A stretch of 64,000 nucleotides of DNA, from the NCBI GenBank assembly GCA_965227775.1, contig OZ245777.1, positions 1,088,001 through 1,152,000 of the forward strand. Reading direction: 5' to 3'. Below, one piece after another: positions 56,474 to 64,000 of the stretch (its first letter is position 1; each line of letters starts with the position of its first letter). Under the pieces are notes generated by a model. The model was not told the DNA's origin and did not search any database. It saw nothing but the letters and a program-made list of their open reading frames with translations. The stretch comes from Phycisphaerales bacterium. GTDB taxonomy: Bacteria; Planctomycetota; Phycisphaerae; Phycisphaerales; UBA1924. Made by a program: the position numbers and the translations under genes.

Positions 56474-57099
56474 CGCGCGCCCACCGTTGGATTGGAGCCA
56501 GCCGGTGGCCGATTGGCCCGTACGGAAGGCGCCGCGTGCAGCACAGAGCCATCGCCGAGCGTGATCTGGATCGGGACCTGTACGATCTCCTGGGTCACGC
56601 TCTTGTGACCCCGTTCCATTCGCGCCGAGCTGGTGCGGAGCGCTCTCAGACGGACCCGAGATCCGTCCGGCAGCTCGACGAACACCAACACCGTGCGCAC
56701 GCCGGCGTCGAGCACACGGCTATCGATCGTTTCGCTCGCACGCGTGCCCAGCGTGACACCCCACGACCAGGAGCTCGAGCCGATCGGATTGTTCTGCGAG
56801 TCTCTCGGCGGTCGCTCGCTGAAGCCGTCGTAGTCCTCGATGTGATCAAAGTTACCCAGGCGGGCACCACCCGCTGCGTTCGTGCTGTCCGTCCCCACGG
56901 CTGGCTGTGACATGACCTCGGCCATCAGCACATGTGCCAACCGATACGCTTGCTGCCGCTGATTGGCGCTGGCGCTCGTGCGGTGAGCGGCCGCGGAGAC
57001 ATTCATCGCCGCAACGAGGGTCGTCCCGATGAGCAGCATCGCGAGCGTCGCTTCGACGATCGAGAAGCCGCGTCGGGATGTTGGAGCATACTGGCGCAT
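56470..57099 (-). CDS. Prepilin-type N-terminal cleavage protein (PilV/GspI-like)
   Basis: RRG^FSIVEATLAMLL. Confidence 0.85.
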   Translation of the reverse strand: MRQYAPTSRRGFSIVEATLAMLLIGTTLVAAMNVSAAAHRTSASANQRQQAYRLAHVLMAEVMSQPAVGTDSTNAAGGARLGNFDHIEDYDGFSERPPRDSQNNPIGSSSWSWGVTLGTRASETIDSRVLDAGVRTVLVFVELPDGSRVRLRALRTSSARMERGHKSVTQEIVQVPIQITLGDGSVLHAAPSVRANRPPAGSNPTVGAR

Positions 57100-58044
57100 C
57101 TAATTCACCCAGGAGTCAACGTACACCTCGAGCGCGAGATCTCTGACGCCGTTCACCTGCCACTGACCGAGGAGGTTCGTTGTCGCAATCCAGCCATCGG
57201 TCAGGAATTGGGGCGAGTTCTCGAGCGGAACATCACAACCCGAAAGACCAAGGCTCTGCGAGACAACGATGGCGATGAAATCGCCGGACCTGAACACTAC
57301 GTCGTTATCGAGTGTGAACTCGACTAACTCCACCGAGTCCGGTAGGTCCGCCTGTCGAACCGTTGCCTCGGCTATGGGTGTGGCTTGGGGGATCGCATAC
57401 GTCATGTCGACGCGATGCAGCCCGACCGTCACGTTGCCCCCGCCTGCGCGACCACGCATCGACACCAGTGCGCGAGTTACGGTGAATGCGTTATCGCCAC
57501 CGCGCAGTTCGGGCTCGATGATCGCGGCGATCGAACTCGTGATCGAGAGCGTGTGGAAGTTCGAGCCTCCTGTGTAGTCGCGGCCGTGCGCTATGACGTC
57601 GTTGGGCACAGCTGGTGGGGGCTCGTGCCAGGTGGTGTCGGCGGGGGTGCTCGCGACGAGGAAGTCCATCGACAGGTCGGACACCGATGGCACGATCGGC
57701 CAGGGCGGTGAGCCATTCATCGAGTATGTAATGGGGTCGCCATCGCTCCCGCCCCATTCGTACCGCAGAAGCTCCGGAGCGCCATCACCTGTCCGATCGG
57801 GCACGTAGAACGAGATGGCGGTTGCGGTTGATTCTGTAAACCGCAGCGCAAGCTCGATGTCGGCTGACATCTGTGCCAAGCCATCGAGCGCGGGTGCTGT
57901 GGCCATGCCTCCGGTCGCGGCGCGGAAGGACTGGCCGCCCACGCCGATGGCCGTAACCGCACCGCCGAGCACGATAGACGTGATGGCCATCGCCACCAGC
58001 ATCTCGGCGAGCGAGAAGCCGTGCTGTCGGTGCGCAGGGGTCAT
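57100..58044 (-). CDS. Prepilin-type N-terminal cleavage protein (PilW/GspJ-like)
   Basis: QHG^FSLAEMLVAMAI. Confidence 0.85.
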   Translation of the reverse strand: MTPAHRQHGFSLAEMLVAMAITSIVLGGAVTAIGVGGQSFRAATGGMATAPALDGLAQMSADIELALRFTESTATAISFYVPDRTGDGAPELLRYEWGGSDGDPITYSMNGSPPWPIVPSVSDLSMDFLVASTPADTTWHEPPPAVPNDVIAHGRDYTGGSNFHTLSITSSIAAIIEPELRGGDNAFTVTRALVSMRGRAGGGNVTVGLHRVDMTYAIPQATPIAEATVRQADLPDSVELVEFTLDNDVVFRSGDFIAIVVSQSLGLSGCDVPLENSPQFLTDGWIATTNLLGQWQVNGVRDLALEVYVDSWVN

Positions 58045-58538
58045 GGCGTGATGCTCGTCAGTCCCGTTGTTGGATCCACGGTAAGTGTCGTTCCGGCACT
58101 GCCGTTCCGCAGCGTCACGGTGCCGCCTTCAGTGGGAATGCCGAAGCCCGAGATCGTGTACTCCGTGCCGGCCCCGAACGTCGCGCTGCTGATCTCGGCG
58201 TCCATGGGGCCAGAGTCGAGATCGAGCACGAGATCCGTACCGCCGACGGTTCCCGCCGGCATGCCAACGAAGGTCACGGTGTGGTTGATGGTGTCGAACT
58301 GCACGGTTACGGGAGTGCCCGAGGCACGTGCGTAGGCAACGCTGCGATCAAGATCGTTCTTCAGCTGATGCACGGCAGACTGCAATCGATAGCGGGCCGC
58401 CGCGCTGCCATAAGCCGGCAACGCGAGGCCCGCGATAGCACCGATGATCAGGAGGACAACGGTCAGCTCCACAAGGGTGAAGCCGCGACGTCCTTGCGCG
58501 ATCGGATCAATACGTCGAGTACAGCGTGCCGGTGTCAT
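58041..58538 (-). CDS. GspH/FimT-like minor pseudopilin
   Basis: RRG^FTLVELTVVLLIIG, A..L..DL....AYAR. Confidence 0.85.
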   Translation of the reverse strand: MTPARCTRRIDPIAQGRRGFTLVELTVVLLIIGAIAGLALPAYGSAAARYRLQSAVHQLKNDLDRSVAYARASGTPVTVQFDTINHTVTFVGMPAGTVGGTDLVLDLDSGPMDAEISSATFGAGTEYTISGFGIPTEGGTVTLRNGSAGTTLTVDPTTGLTSITP

Positions 58539-58986
58539 CGGTCGCGGTACCGGTGTTGGCCGTGATCACGCCGGTCGTTTCGTTGTAGAGCCAGGCGATG
58601 CCTGCTGCATCAGCGGCTGCAACGCCGTTGTTGCCCTTCTGCGCGCCCACGTTGATCGTTGGGACTTCCTTCAGGTACGGGCCGTAGATGAAGACGCCAG
58701 TCTTGGTCGCATTCAGGTTGCCGTCGACATCCGTAAACTGGTTCACGAGCGCGTTCTCGAAGTCTGCGACCGCCGGGTACGTGTTGTTGTGCTCGGCGTA
58801 GTACAGCTCCAGCGCGCTTCGCATGGTTGCCAGATCGGCTCGCAGTCGTGACGACGTCGCACCAGCAGCGCCACGGCTCATGCGCGGCACAGCCACGGCG
58901 GCCAAAATGCCGAGGATCGCGATTACGATTACCAACTCGATCAGGCTGAAGCCAGCCCGTCGCGTACGCATCATCCCAACAACCAT
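58507..58986 (-). CDS. Major (pseudo)pilin, GspG-like
   Basis: RAG^FSLIELVIVIAILGILAAVAVP, ALELY......YP, GPYL; GGAGG RBS. Confidence 0.88.
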   Translation of the reverse strand: MVVGMMRTRRAGFSLIELVIVIAILGILAAVAVPRMSRGAAGATSSRLRADLATMRSALELYYAEHNNTYPAVADFENALVNQFTDVDGNLNATKTGVFIYGPYLKEVPTINVGAQKGNNGVAAADAAGIAWLYNETTGVITANTGTATDDTGTLYSTY

Positions 58987-59134
58987 CGTGCTACCTCCGA
59001 AGCGGGCCGTCCTGGCCTCGTTGTGTGTTGATCTTCAGTGGTCATCGATCCAATCAGGGCACGATTTCAGTATTCAGGCGGGGTCTGGGCGGTGATTGTG
59101 GTCGTCTAAGCCTTATAACCCGCACAGCCCAAAC

Positions 59135-59680
59135 TTAGCGAGGGCGTTCATCCGGCTGATTGGGAAGCAGGAGACGCGCCGTCAGCTCGCCGGCCTTGAA
59201 GGTCGCCGACCTCGAGTCGACACTGATCAGCCGATAACCGGCGACCTCATCGCCAATGCGAACGGGCTTGCCGTTGACCATCGCCATGCTCGTCTCGCCG
59301 CTCAGCATGACGAGCGAGAGCTGGTGCGAGCCCACGAACTGTTCGATCGCAAGAAGTCCGGGAGCCCCCAGCTCGGCACTCCGCGAAGATGCCTCTGCAA
59401 ACGGATTCAGATCTGTGTCCAGAGTCGACTCCGACAGAGCCGCATCAACCCGGTCATTCCAACGCTCAGCGACATCTGCAGGAAGTTCTCGAGAACTCGG
59501 GGCAGCCGGCGCCGCAGCCTGCGATGCTGGACTCGATGGGGTGTTTGTAGGTCCGGTTGCCGCGGCCGAGTGAGCCTCGGCACCGCTTGGCGGGCCCAGA
59601 AGGAACTGGTCGATCGCCAGAATCAAACCGGCCGAGCCAAGCAGCCCAAGCAGTACCTTGCGTTCCTTGTTCAGTGCCAT
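59135..59680 (-). CDS. Pilus/T2SS assembly protein (PilP/GspC/MshK-like)
   Basis: N-terminal TM, Pro/Ala linker, NPF, AMVNG..VRIGDEV.GYRL..V domain; follows the PilMNO-like genes. Confidence 0.6.
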   Translation of the reverse strand: MALNKERKVLLGLLGSAGLILAIDQFLLGPPSGAEAHSAAATGPTNTPSSPASQAAAPAAPSSRELPADVAERWNDRVDAALSESTLDTDLNPFAEASSRSAELGAPGLLAIEQFVGSHQLSLVMLSGETSMAMVNGKPVRIGDEVAGYRLISVDSRSATFKAGELTARLLLPNQPDERPR

Positions 59681-59690
59681 GTCCCATGAG

Positions 59691-60308
59691 TCATCGAGCG
59701 GGCACGGCCGCGGAACGAGCAGAATCAGTAGGAACCCCGGTCGTCGAGGCCGCCGATGACGAATGTGGCGCATATACCAGCACCGTCGCCAGCAGCGCGA
59801 GCTCACCAGAGCTCGTCGGAGACGGCATGATCGCGAAACCCTCGATCGTGGCCGTCGGAAGGTGATCTCGGTACTCGGAAAGGAATGCATCGATGTCCGA
59901 AAACGACCCCAGCGCGTTGAGCGTGAGGCGTGTTCGCACGAGATCACCGATGCGCTCCGTGCCGGACCGATCCGTGCCCAACTGCGTCAGGCCGAACGTT
60001 GTCGTGACGTCCGTAAGGCGCCCGACGAGCTGTTCGCTCGCAACGGGCTCGACACCATCTTGCGCGCGGAGCGTCTCGAGCGTTGCCTCGGTTGCTTCCA
60101 ACTCGGATTGTGCGATGCGTACACGGTCGCCAGCCCGGGCAATCGCCTCGCGCTGGGCGTGAGTCTGGGCACTTGCCTTGAGCGACGGTGCGACGCCGAA
60201 AGCATACGCGAGGCCACCAAGCATTAGCATGCCGACAGCTCCAGCGGCATGGACGTGCATGGGAGTGAACTTCGAGTGCGCGCGACTGGTACCAGTCTCA
60301 TCGCTCAT
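59691..60308 (-). CDS. PilO/GspM-like assembly protein
   Basis: TM, coiled coil, then GSFSDIDAFL..Y ferredoxin-like fold; start MSDETG at 60308. Confidence 0.65.
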   Translation of the reverse strand: MSDETGTSRAHSKFTPMHVHAAGAVGMLMLGGLAYAFGVAPSLKASAQTHAQREAIARAGDRVRIAQSELEATEATLETLRAQDGVEPVASEQLVGRLTDVTTTFGLTQLGTDRSGTERIGDLVRTRLTLNALGSFSDIDAFLSEYRDHLPTATIEGFAIMPSPTSSGELALLATVLVYAPHSSSAASTTGVPTDSARSAAVPAR

Positions 60309-60868
60309 GGGGTGTCTCCCTCGGCTGGCTGGGGCGCGATGACGCAGTCGATCGAGAACTCCGGTCGTCCCTCCCGGGACCGTGATGGGGTGAGCACGTG
60401 TCGCACGCTCTCGAACAGGCCCGTCGCATCGAGTCGTGCCGCAAGATCGGCGGCAAACTGCTTGCTTGGGGCTTCGCCCGAGATCGACAGCGACCATGTC
60501 GGTGTTGCCCCAGCCCGTGGCTGGACGTTGATCGACCGCAGCCGAGCTTCGCCGCCCGCGTTCTTCGTAATGACGTCGAGCAACGGTCCCCATCGGAGCG
60601 ATGCTGCGGCACGCTTGCGCGCGAGCGCATCCGCCTCGAGCGTCTTCATCTGCGCGCGAATCGCAGCAAGACTTGCTTCGACTTCCTCGGCGCGCTGGGT
60701 CAAGCCTGAGGGCATGGCGGGTGGTTGGGCGCGTGTTGCCAAGGCCGCCAGCAATCCGCCCCCGACAAACACCGATAGGCTGAACAGGGCGCACGTCCAC
60801 GCCGAGATGCACCGCTGCAGGCGGCGTGAATTGGCTCGGTGGTGAGGCAGGAGATTCGTGCCGGTCAT
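60305..60868 (-). CDS. PilN-like assembly protein
   Basis: NLLP at the N-terminus, TM, coiled coil, ISGEA....LAARL..TGLFESV. Confidence 0.75.
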   Translation of the reverse strand: MTGTNLLPHHRANSRRLQRCISAWTCALFSLSVFVGGGLLAALATRAQPPAMPSGLTQRAEEVEASLAAIRAQMKTLEADALARKRAAASLRWGPLLDVITKNAGGEARLRSINVQPRAGATPTWSLSISGEAPSKQFAADLAARLDATGLFESVRHVLTPSRSREGRPEFSIDCVIAPQPAEGDTP

Positions 60869-61746
60869 GCAAGATCCTCCAGCAGTGCAAGCCCAATCGC
60901 TCCGGCCAGGGGCCCGCTGATGGGATTGCCGCTCGCATCGATCGGCTGCGCGATCGCGTTCTTGTAACGATGTGCGAGCACATCCATCACCGTTGAACGC
61001 TCACCACCTGCGCCCAGCACGCTGATGGCCGCCGGTGCGTGCGAGCGCGACCGATGGCGAGCGAAGGCGATGCAGGCGTCGATCTCTGTCGCCAGCAGAC
61101 GGCCGACATCGGCATCGCCCTGCGAGCCGTCGAGACGCAGTCCCGTAGGCGTGCGCGCGTACAGCAGGGTGCTGTGGTGGAGCACGGCGATCCGCACACC
61201 CCAAGACTCCAGTCGGACACCAACCCTGACGGTGGCGGATGTCGGTGCCGCCGAGAGTACGCGGCCGAGCGCCCGTGAAGGGTCATCGACGCCCGCCACA
61301 CGCAGCCCAGCCGACTCCAGCACACCGATCACCTCGTCCGTCGGTGCGATCTCGCAGCCCACCGCCATCACCTGAACAGCCGGCCCGGGTGTTGGCAGCC
61401 CCCAGTACGAGAGCTCGAAGGCGCCCGGTTCGAGCTTGGTCTTCTGCGCAAACTCTGCCCGTGCGAGCTGGTCAATCGGAGCCCCCGAGGTCACGGGCGG
61501 CAACTCCATCGTGGCCATCTTCAGCGCGTCGTCTGGTGCGTTGATCACGCAAGGTGCCGAGGCGAAGCCCTTTCGGAACAAGAGCGACTCGAGATCGGTA
61601 GCTTCGGCCTGGGTCAATACACCATCACCCGAGTGGCGCGCCATGCGGGCACCATGAATCAGCGACCAGCCACTCCGCGTCACGCGCACCTGAGCGGCGG
61701 TGATGGCGTCGGGGGAGATGTCAAGCCCTGTGCGAACGGTGTTCAT
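60865..61746 (-). CDS. PilM/GspL-like actin-fold assembly protein
   Basis: GLDISPDAI at the N-terminus, AGLRVAGVD, AIGLAL at the C-terminus. Confidence 0.75.
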   Translation of the reverse strand: MNTVRTGLDISPDAITAAQVRVTRSGWSLIHGARMARHSGDGVLTQAEATDLESLLFRKGFASAPCVINAPDDALKMATMELPPVTSGAPIDQLARAEFAQKTKLEPGAFELSYWGLPTPGPAVQVMAVGCEIAPTDEVIGVLESAGLRVAGVDDPSRALGRVLSAAPTSATVRVGVRLESWGVRIAVLHHSTLLYARTPTGLRLDGSQGDADVGRLLATEIDACIAFARHRSRSHAPAAISVLGAGGERSTVMDVLAHRYKNAIAQPIDASGNPISGPLAGAIGLALLEDLA

Positions 61747-61757
61747 ATCGATGTCTC

Positions 61758-62969
61758 TTATTGTGCTCCGGCCGAAGCCGTGAGATCGAACAGCGGCAGG
61801 AACATGCTCGTGGCGATGCCCCCGACGACGATGCCCAGCGTCACCAGCAAGAGCGGCTCGATGATGGCGCTGAGTGCCTTCAGCGTGGCTTCGTTCTCTT
61901 CCTCCAGGAAGTCGGCGACGTTGCCCAGCATCATGCCCATGCGCCCGGTGCGCTCGCCCGTGCGTACCCCCTCGCGGACGAGGCCGTGCAGCAAGTCCGA
62001 TTTCTCGAGCACGGTGCTGATGGGCTGGCCGACTTCGGCCGCGTCATGGGCCTGCTTCAAAAGGCTGGCGTACTCGGGGCTGCGCATCGAGCCTGCGCAC
62101 AGCGAGAGCACGTCCAGCAGCGGCAGGTGGCTCTCGAGCAGCAGCGACACCATGCGCGACAAGCGGGCGCTGGCAATCGAGCGGGAGATGTCGCCCAGCT
62201 TGGGCGTACGCAGCAGTGTGCGATCGATGAGCCGGGCAGTCGCGGGCTGAAGCATGACAAAGCGGGCCAGCACCGCCGCGGGCACGATGCCCGCCAGCCA
62301 TGCCCACCAGTACTCGCGGAGCATCGTGCTGAGCCATAGGAACAACTGCGTGCTCGGCGGAATCGCAGTATCGAGCGACTCGAACATCGACTCGAAGCGC
62401 GGGAACACCATCACGAGCATGACCAGCACCACGATGAAGCCGATGCCGATCAGGATGCACGGGTAGATCATCGCGCCGATGATGGCCCGGCGCATCGCCA
62501 GTTTCTGACGCATGAGTGACGAAACGCGTTCGAGCATGTCGCCCAGCCGTCCACTCGTCTCACCGGCGGCGACCATGGCCCGACTGACCTCGTCGAAGTA
62601 GCCCGGGTGGGCCGTCATGGCGTCTGATAGGGGCGTTCCAGACTCGATCTCTGCTTGGAGGCGCTTGAGCACCTTCTTGAACTTCTCGTCGCGAGTCTGC
62701 TCGGCCATTGCCTCCACGCCCTCTGACAGCGGCGTGCCCGAGGCGATGAGCACCGACATGTGCCGCATGAACTGCGAGATGTCGGCGAGTTTGCCCTTCG
62801 GTCCCTTGATGCGTGGGCGTGCGTGGCCGATGCCCTTGTCAGGGCTGATCTCGAGGACGATCACGCCGCGCTGGCGCAGCTTGTCGCGCGCTGCACCCTC
62901 GTCGGCGGCCTCGATCGTGCCGCGCTTGGGCGCGCCGCTCGTCTCGTAGCCGACGTAGCGCCACTTCAT
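61758..62969 (-). CDS. gspF: Type II secretion/type IV pilus inner-membrane platform protein (GspF/PilC)
   Basis: SGTPLSDAM..HPGYF, AGETSGRL, AMIYP, GERTGRM, IIEPLL. Confidence 0.93.
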   Translation of the reverse strand: MKWRYVGYETSGAPKRGTIEAADEGAARDKLRQRGVIVLEISPDKGIGHARPRIKGPKGKLADISQFMRHMSVLIASGTPLSEGVEAMAEQTRDEKFKKVLKRLQAEIESGTPLSDAMTAHPGYFDEVSRAMVAAGETSGRLGDMLERVSSLMRQKLAMRRAIIGAMIYPCILIGIGFIVVLVMLVMVFPRFESMFESLDTAIPPSTQLFLWLSTMLREYWWAWLAGIVPAAVLARFVMLQPATARLIDRTLLRTPKLGDISRSIASARLSRMVSLLLESHLPLLDVLSLCAGSMRSPEYASLLKQAHDAAEVGQPISTVLEKSDLLHGLVREGVRTGERTGRMGMMLGNVADFLEEENEATLKALSAIIEPLLLVTLGIVVGGIATSMFLPLFDLTASAGAQ

Positions 62970-64000
62970 GCCGCGGCCTCCACGGGCTTCGGCTCGTCGA
63001 GGTCGTCATCGCTACGCGTCACCCGGAGCGCTTCCTCGAGGCTGGTCGAGCCGCGCTTGGCTACGAGAACCGCCTCCTCGCGCAGTGACTTGCCGCCGCC
63101 CTTAAAGAAGGCCTCGCGGATGTCCATCGAGGATGCGCCCGCGTGCACCAGCCGGCGGATCGCTGGCGTGACCTCCATGACCTCGTAGACGCCCAGGCGA
63201 CCCTGGAAGCCGGTATCGTGGCAATGCTGACAGCCCAGGCCGCGCCGGAAAGGGGCACGCTGTTCGTCCTCGATGCCCGCCTCGGCAAGCAGTGCCTCGT
63301 CTGGGTAGTAGCGCGTGGCGCAGTGCTGGCAGATGGTGCGCGCCAGGCGCTGAGCGATGACGCCGTTGAGCGCACCACTGAGGAGGTAGGGCTCGATGCC
63401 CATGTCAAGCAATCGCTCGACGGCGCCGGGAGCGTCGTTGGTGTGCAGCGTCGCGAGCACCACGTGACCCGTGATGGCCGCCTGCGTCGCAACGCGAGCG
63501 GTATCCTGATCGCGGATCTCGCCGACCATGATCACGTCGGGGTCCTGACGCAAGATGCTACGGAGCGCCTTGGCGAAGCTCAGACCGATGGCGTCCTGCA
63601 CCTGGATCTGGTTGATCAAGTCGAGCTGATACTCGACCGGATCTTCAACGGTGACAATGTTTCGCTCCGGGCTGCTCAGCAGCTCGAGCGCCGAGTAGAG
63701 CGTCGTCGACTTGCCGCTACCCGTCGGGCCGGTCACGAGCATGAGGCCATAGGGCTTGCGGAGCATCCGCGTGATGGTGGTCATGAGCTCGGGACGGATG
63801 CCAAGGTCGGCAAGGCTCGAGTTCAGGTTGTCGCGGTCGAGGATACGGATTACCAGCTTCTCGCCCAACAACGTGGGAATGGTGGAGACACGCAGCGACA
63901 CCTCGCGGCCCTCGGCCATGATGCGGATGCGGCCTTCCTGCGGCATGCGCTTCTCGGCGATGTCGAGCTTCGCGAGGATCTTCACGCGCGACGAGATTGC
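62966..64000 (-). CDS. gspE: Type II secretion/type IV pilus assembly ATPase (GspE/PilB), 5' part outside the window
   Basis: LDIAEKRMPQEGR, GPTGSGKSTTLY, EDPVEY, LRQDPDVIMVGEIRD, TGH.VLATLHTNDA, two CxxC zinc motifs. Confidence 0.95.
   Translation of the reverse strand, partial: AISSRVKILAKLDIAEKRMPQEGRIRIMAEGREVSLRVSTIPTLLGEKLVIRILDRDNLNSSLADLGIRPELMTTITRMLRKPYGLMLVTGPTGSGKSTTLYSALELLSSPERNIVTVEDPVEYQLDLINQIQVQDAIGLSFAKALRSILRQDPDVIMVGEIRDQDTARVATQAAITGHVVLATLHTNDAPGAVERLLDMGIEPYLLSGALNGVIAQRLARTICQHCATRYYPDEALLAEAGIEDEQRAPFRRGLGCQHCHDTGFQGRLGVYEVMEVTPAIRRLVHAGASSMDIREAFFKGGGKSLREEAVLVAKRGSTSLEEALRVTRSDDDLDEPKPVEAAA

Overview
A high-GC bacterial window, most likely from a planctomycete of the Phycisphaerales type. 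That assignment is inferred from the 'GC'-terminated dockerin-like modules and the [IV]PAP-type PEP-CTERM-like tails. Housekeeping content includes a stand-alone atpA, a stand-alone fusA with a roughly 350-nt structured leader, an adenylate-kinase-family gene, a WecA/MraY-family transferase with an O-antigen-ligase-family gene, an acetolactate synthase large subunit, and tRNA-Tyr, tRNA-Pro and tRNA-Ser. It also has an accessory-looking block after tRNA-Pro (LysR, hydrolase-SnoaL-SnoaL fusion, P450, SRPBCC/ArsR), an ExbB/ExbD motor operon, a response regulator/HD-GYP pair, and the distal part of a type II secretion/type IV pilus cluster. The most striking signal is a possible cellulosome-like surface display system. 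Six secreted proteins (S8 protease, M4/M36-like protease, two alpha/beta hydrolases, a HAF-repeat protein and a small beta protein) carry the same 54-aa Cys-flanked double-EF-hand dockerin-like module. A tandem array of four paralogous ~195-aa genes each encodes a signal peptide, a cohesin-sized beta domain and a PEP-CTERM-like anchor, and the array is preceded by a 10 x 21-bp quasi-palindromic repeat. A second candidate is the ExbBD operon, whose putative TonB/TolA-like energy transducer is fused to a TolB-like propeller and ends in a non-TonB domain. All family calls come from motif recognition by eye; no database searches were run.
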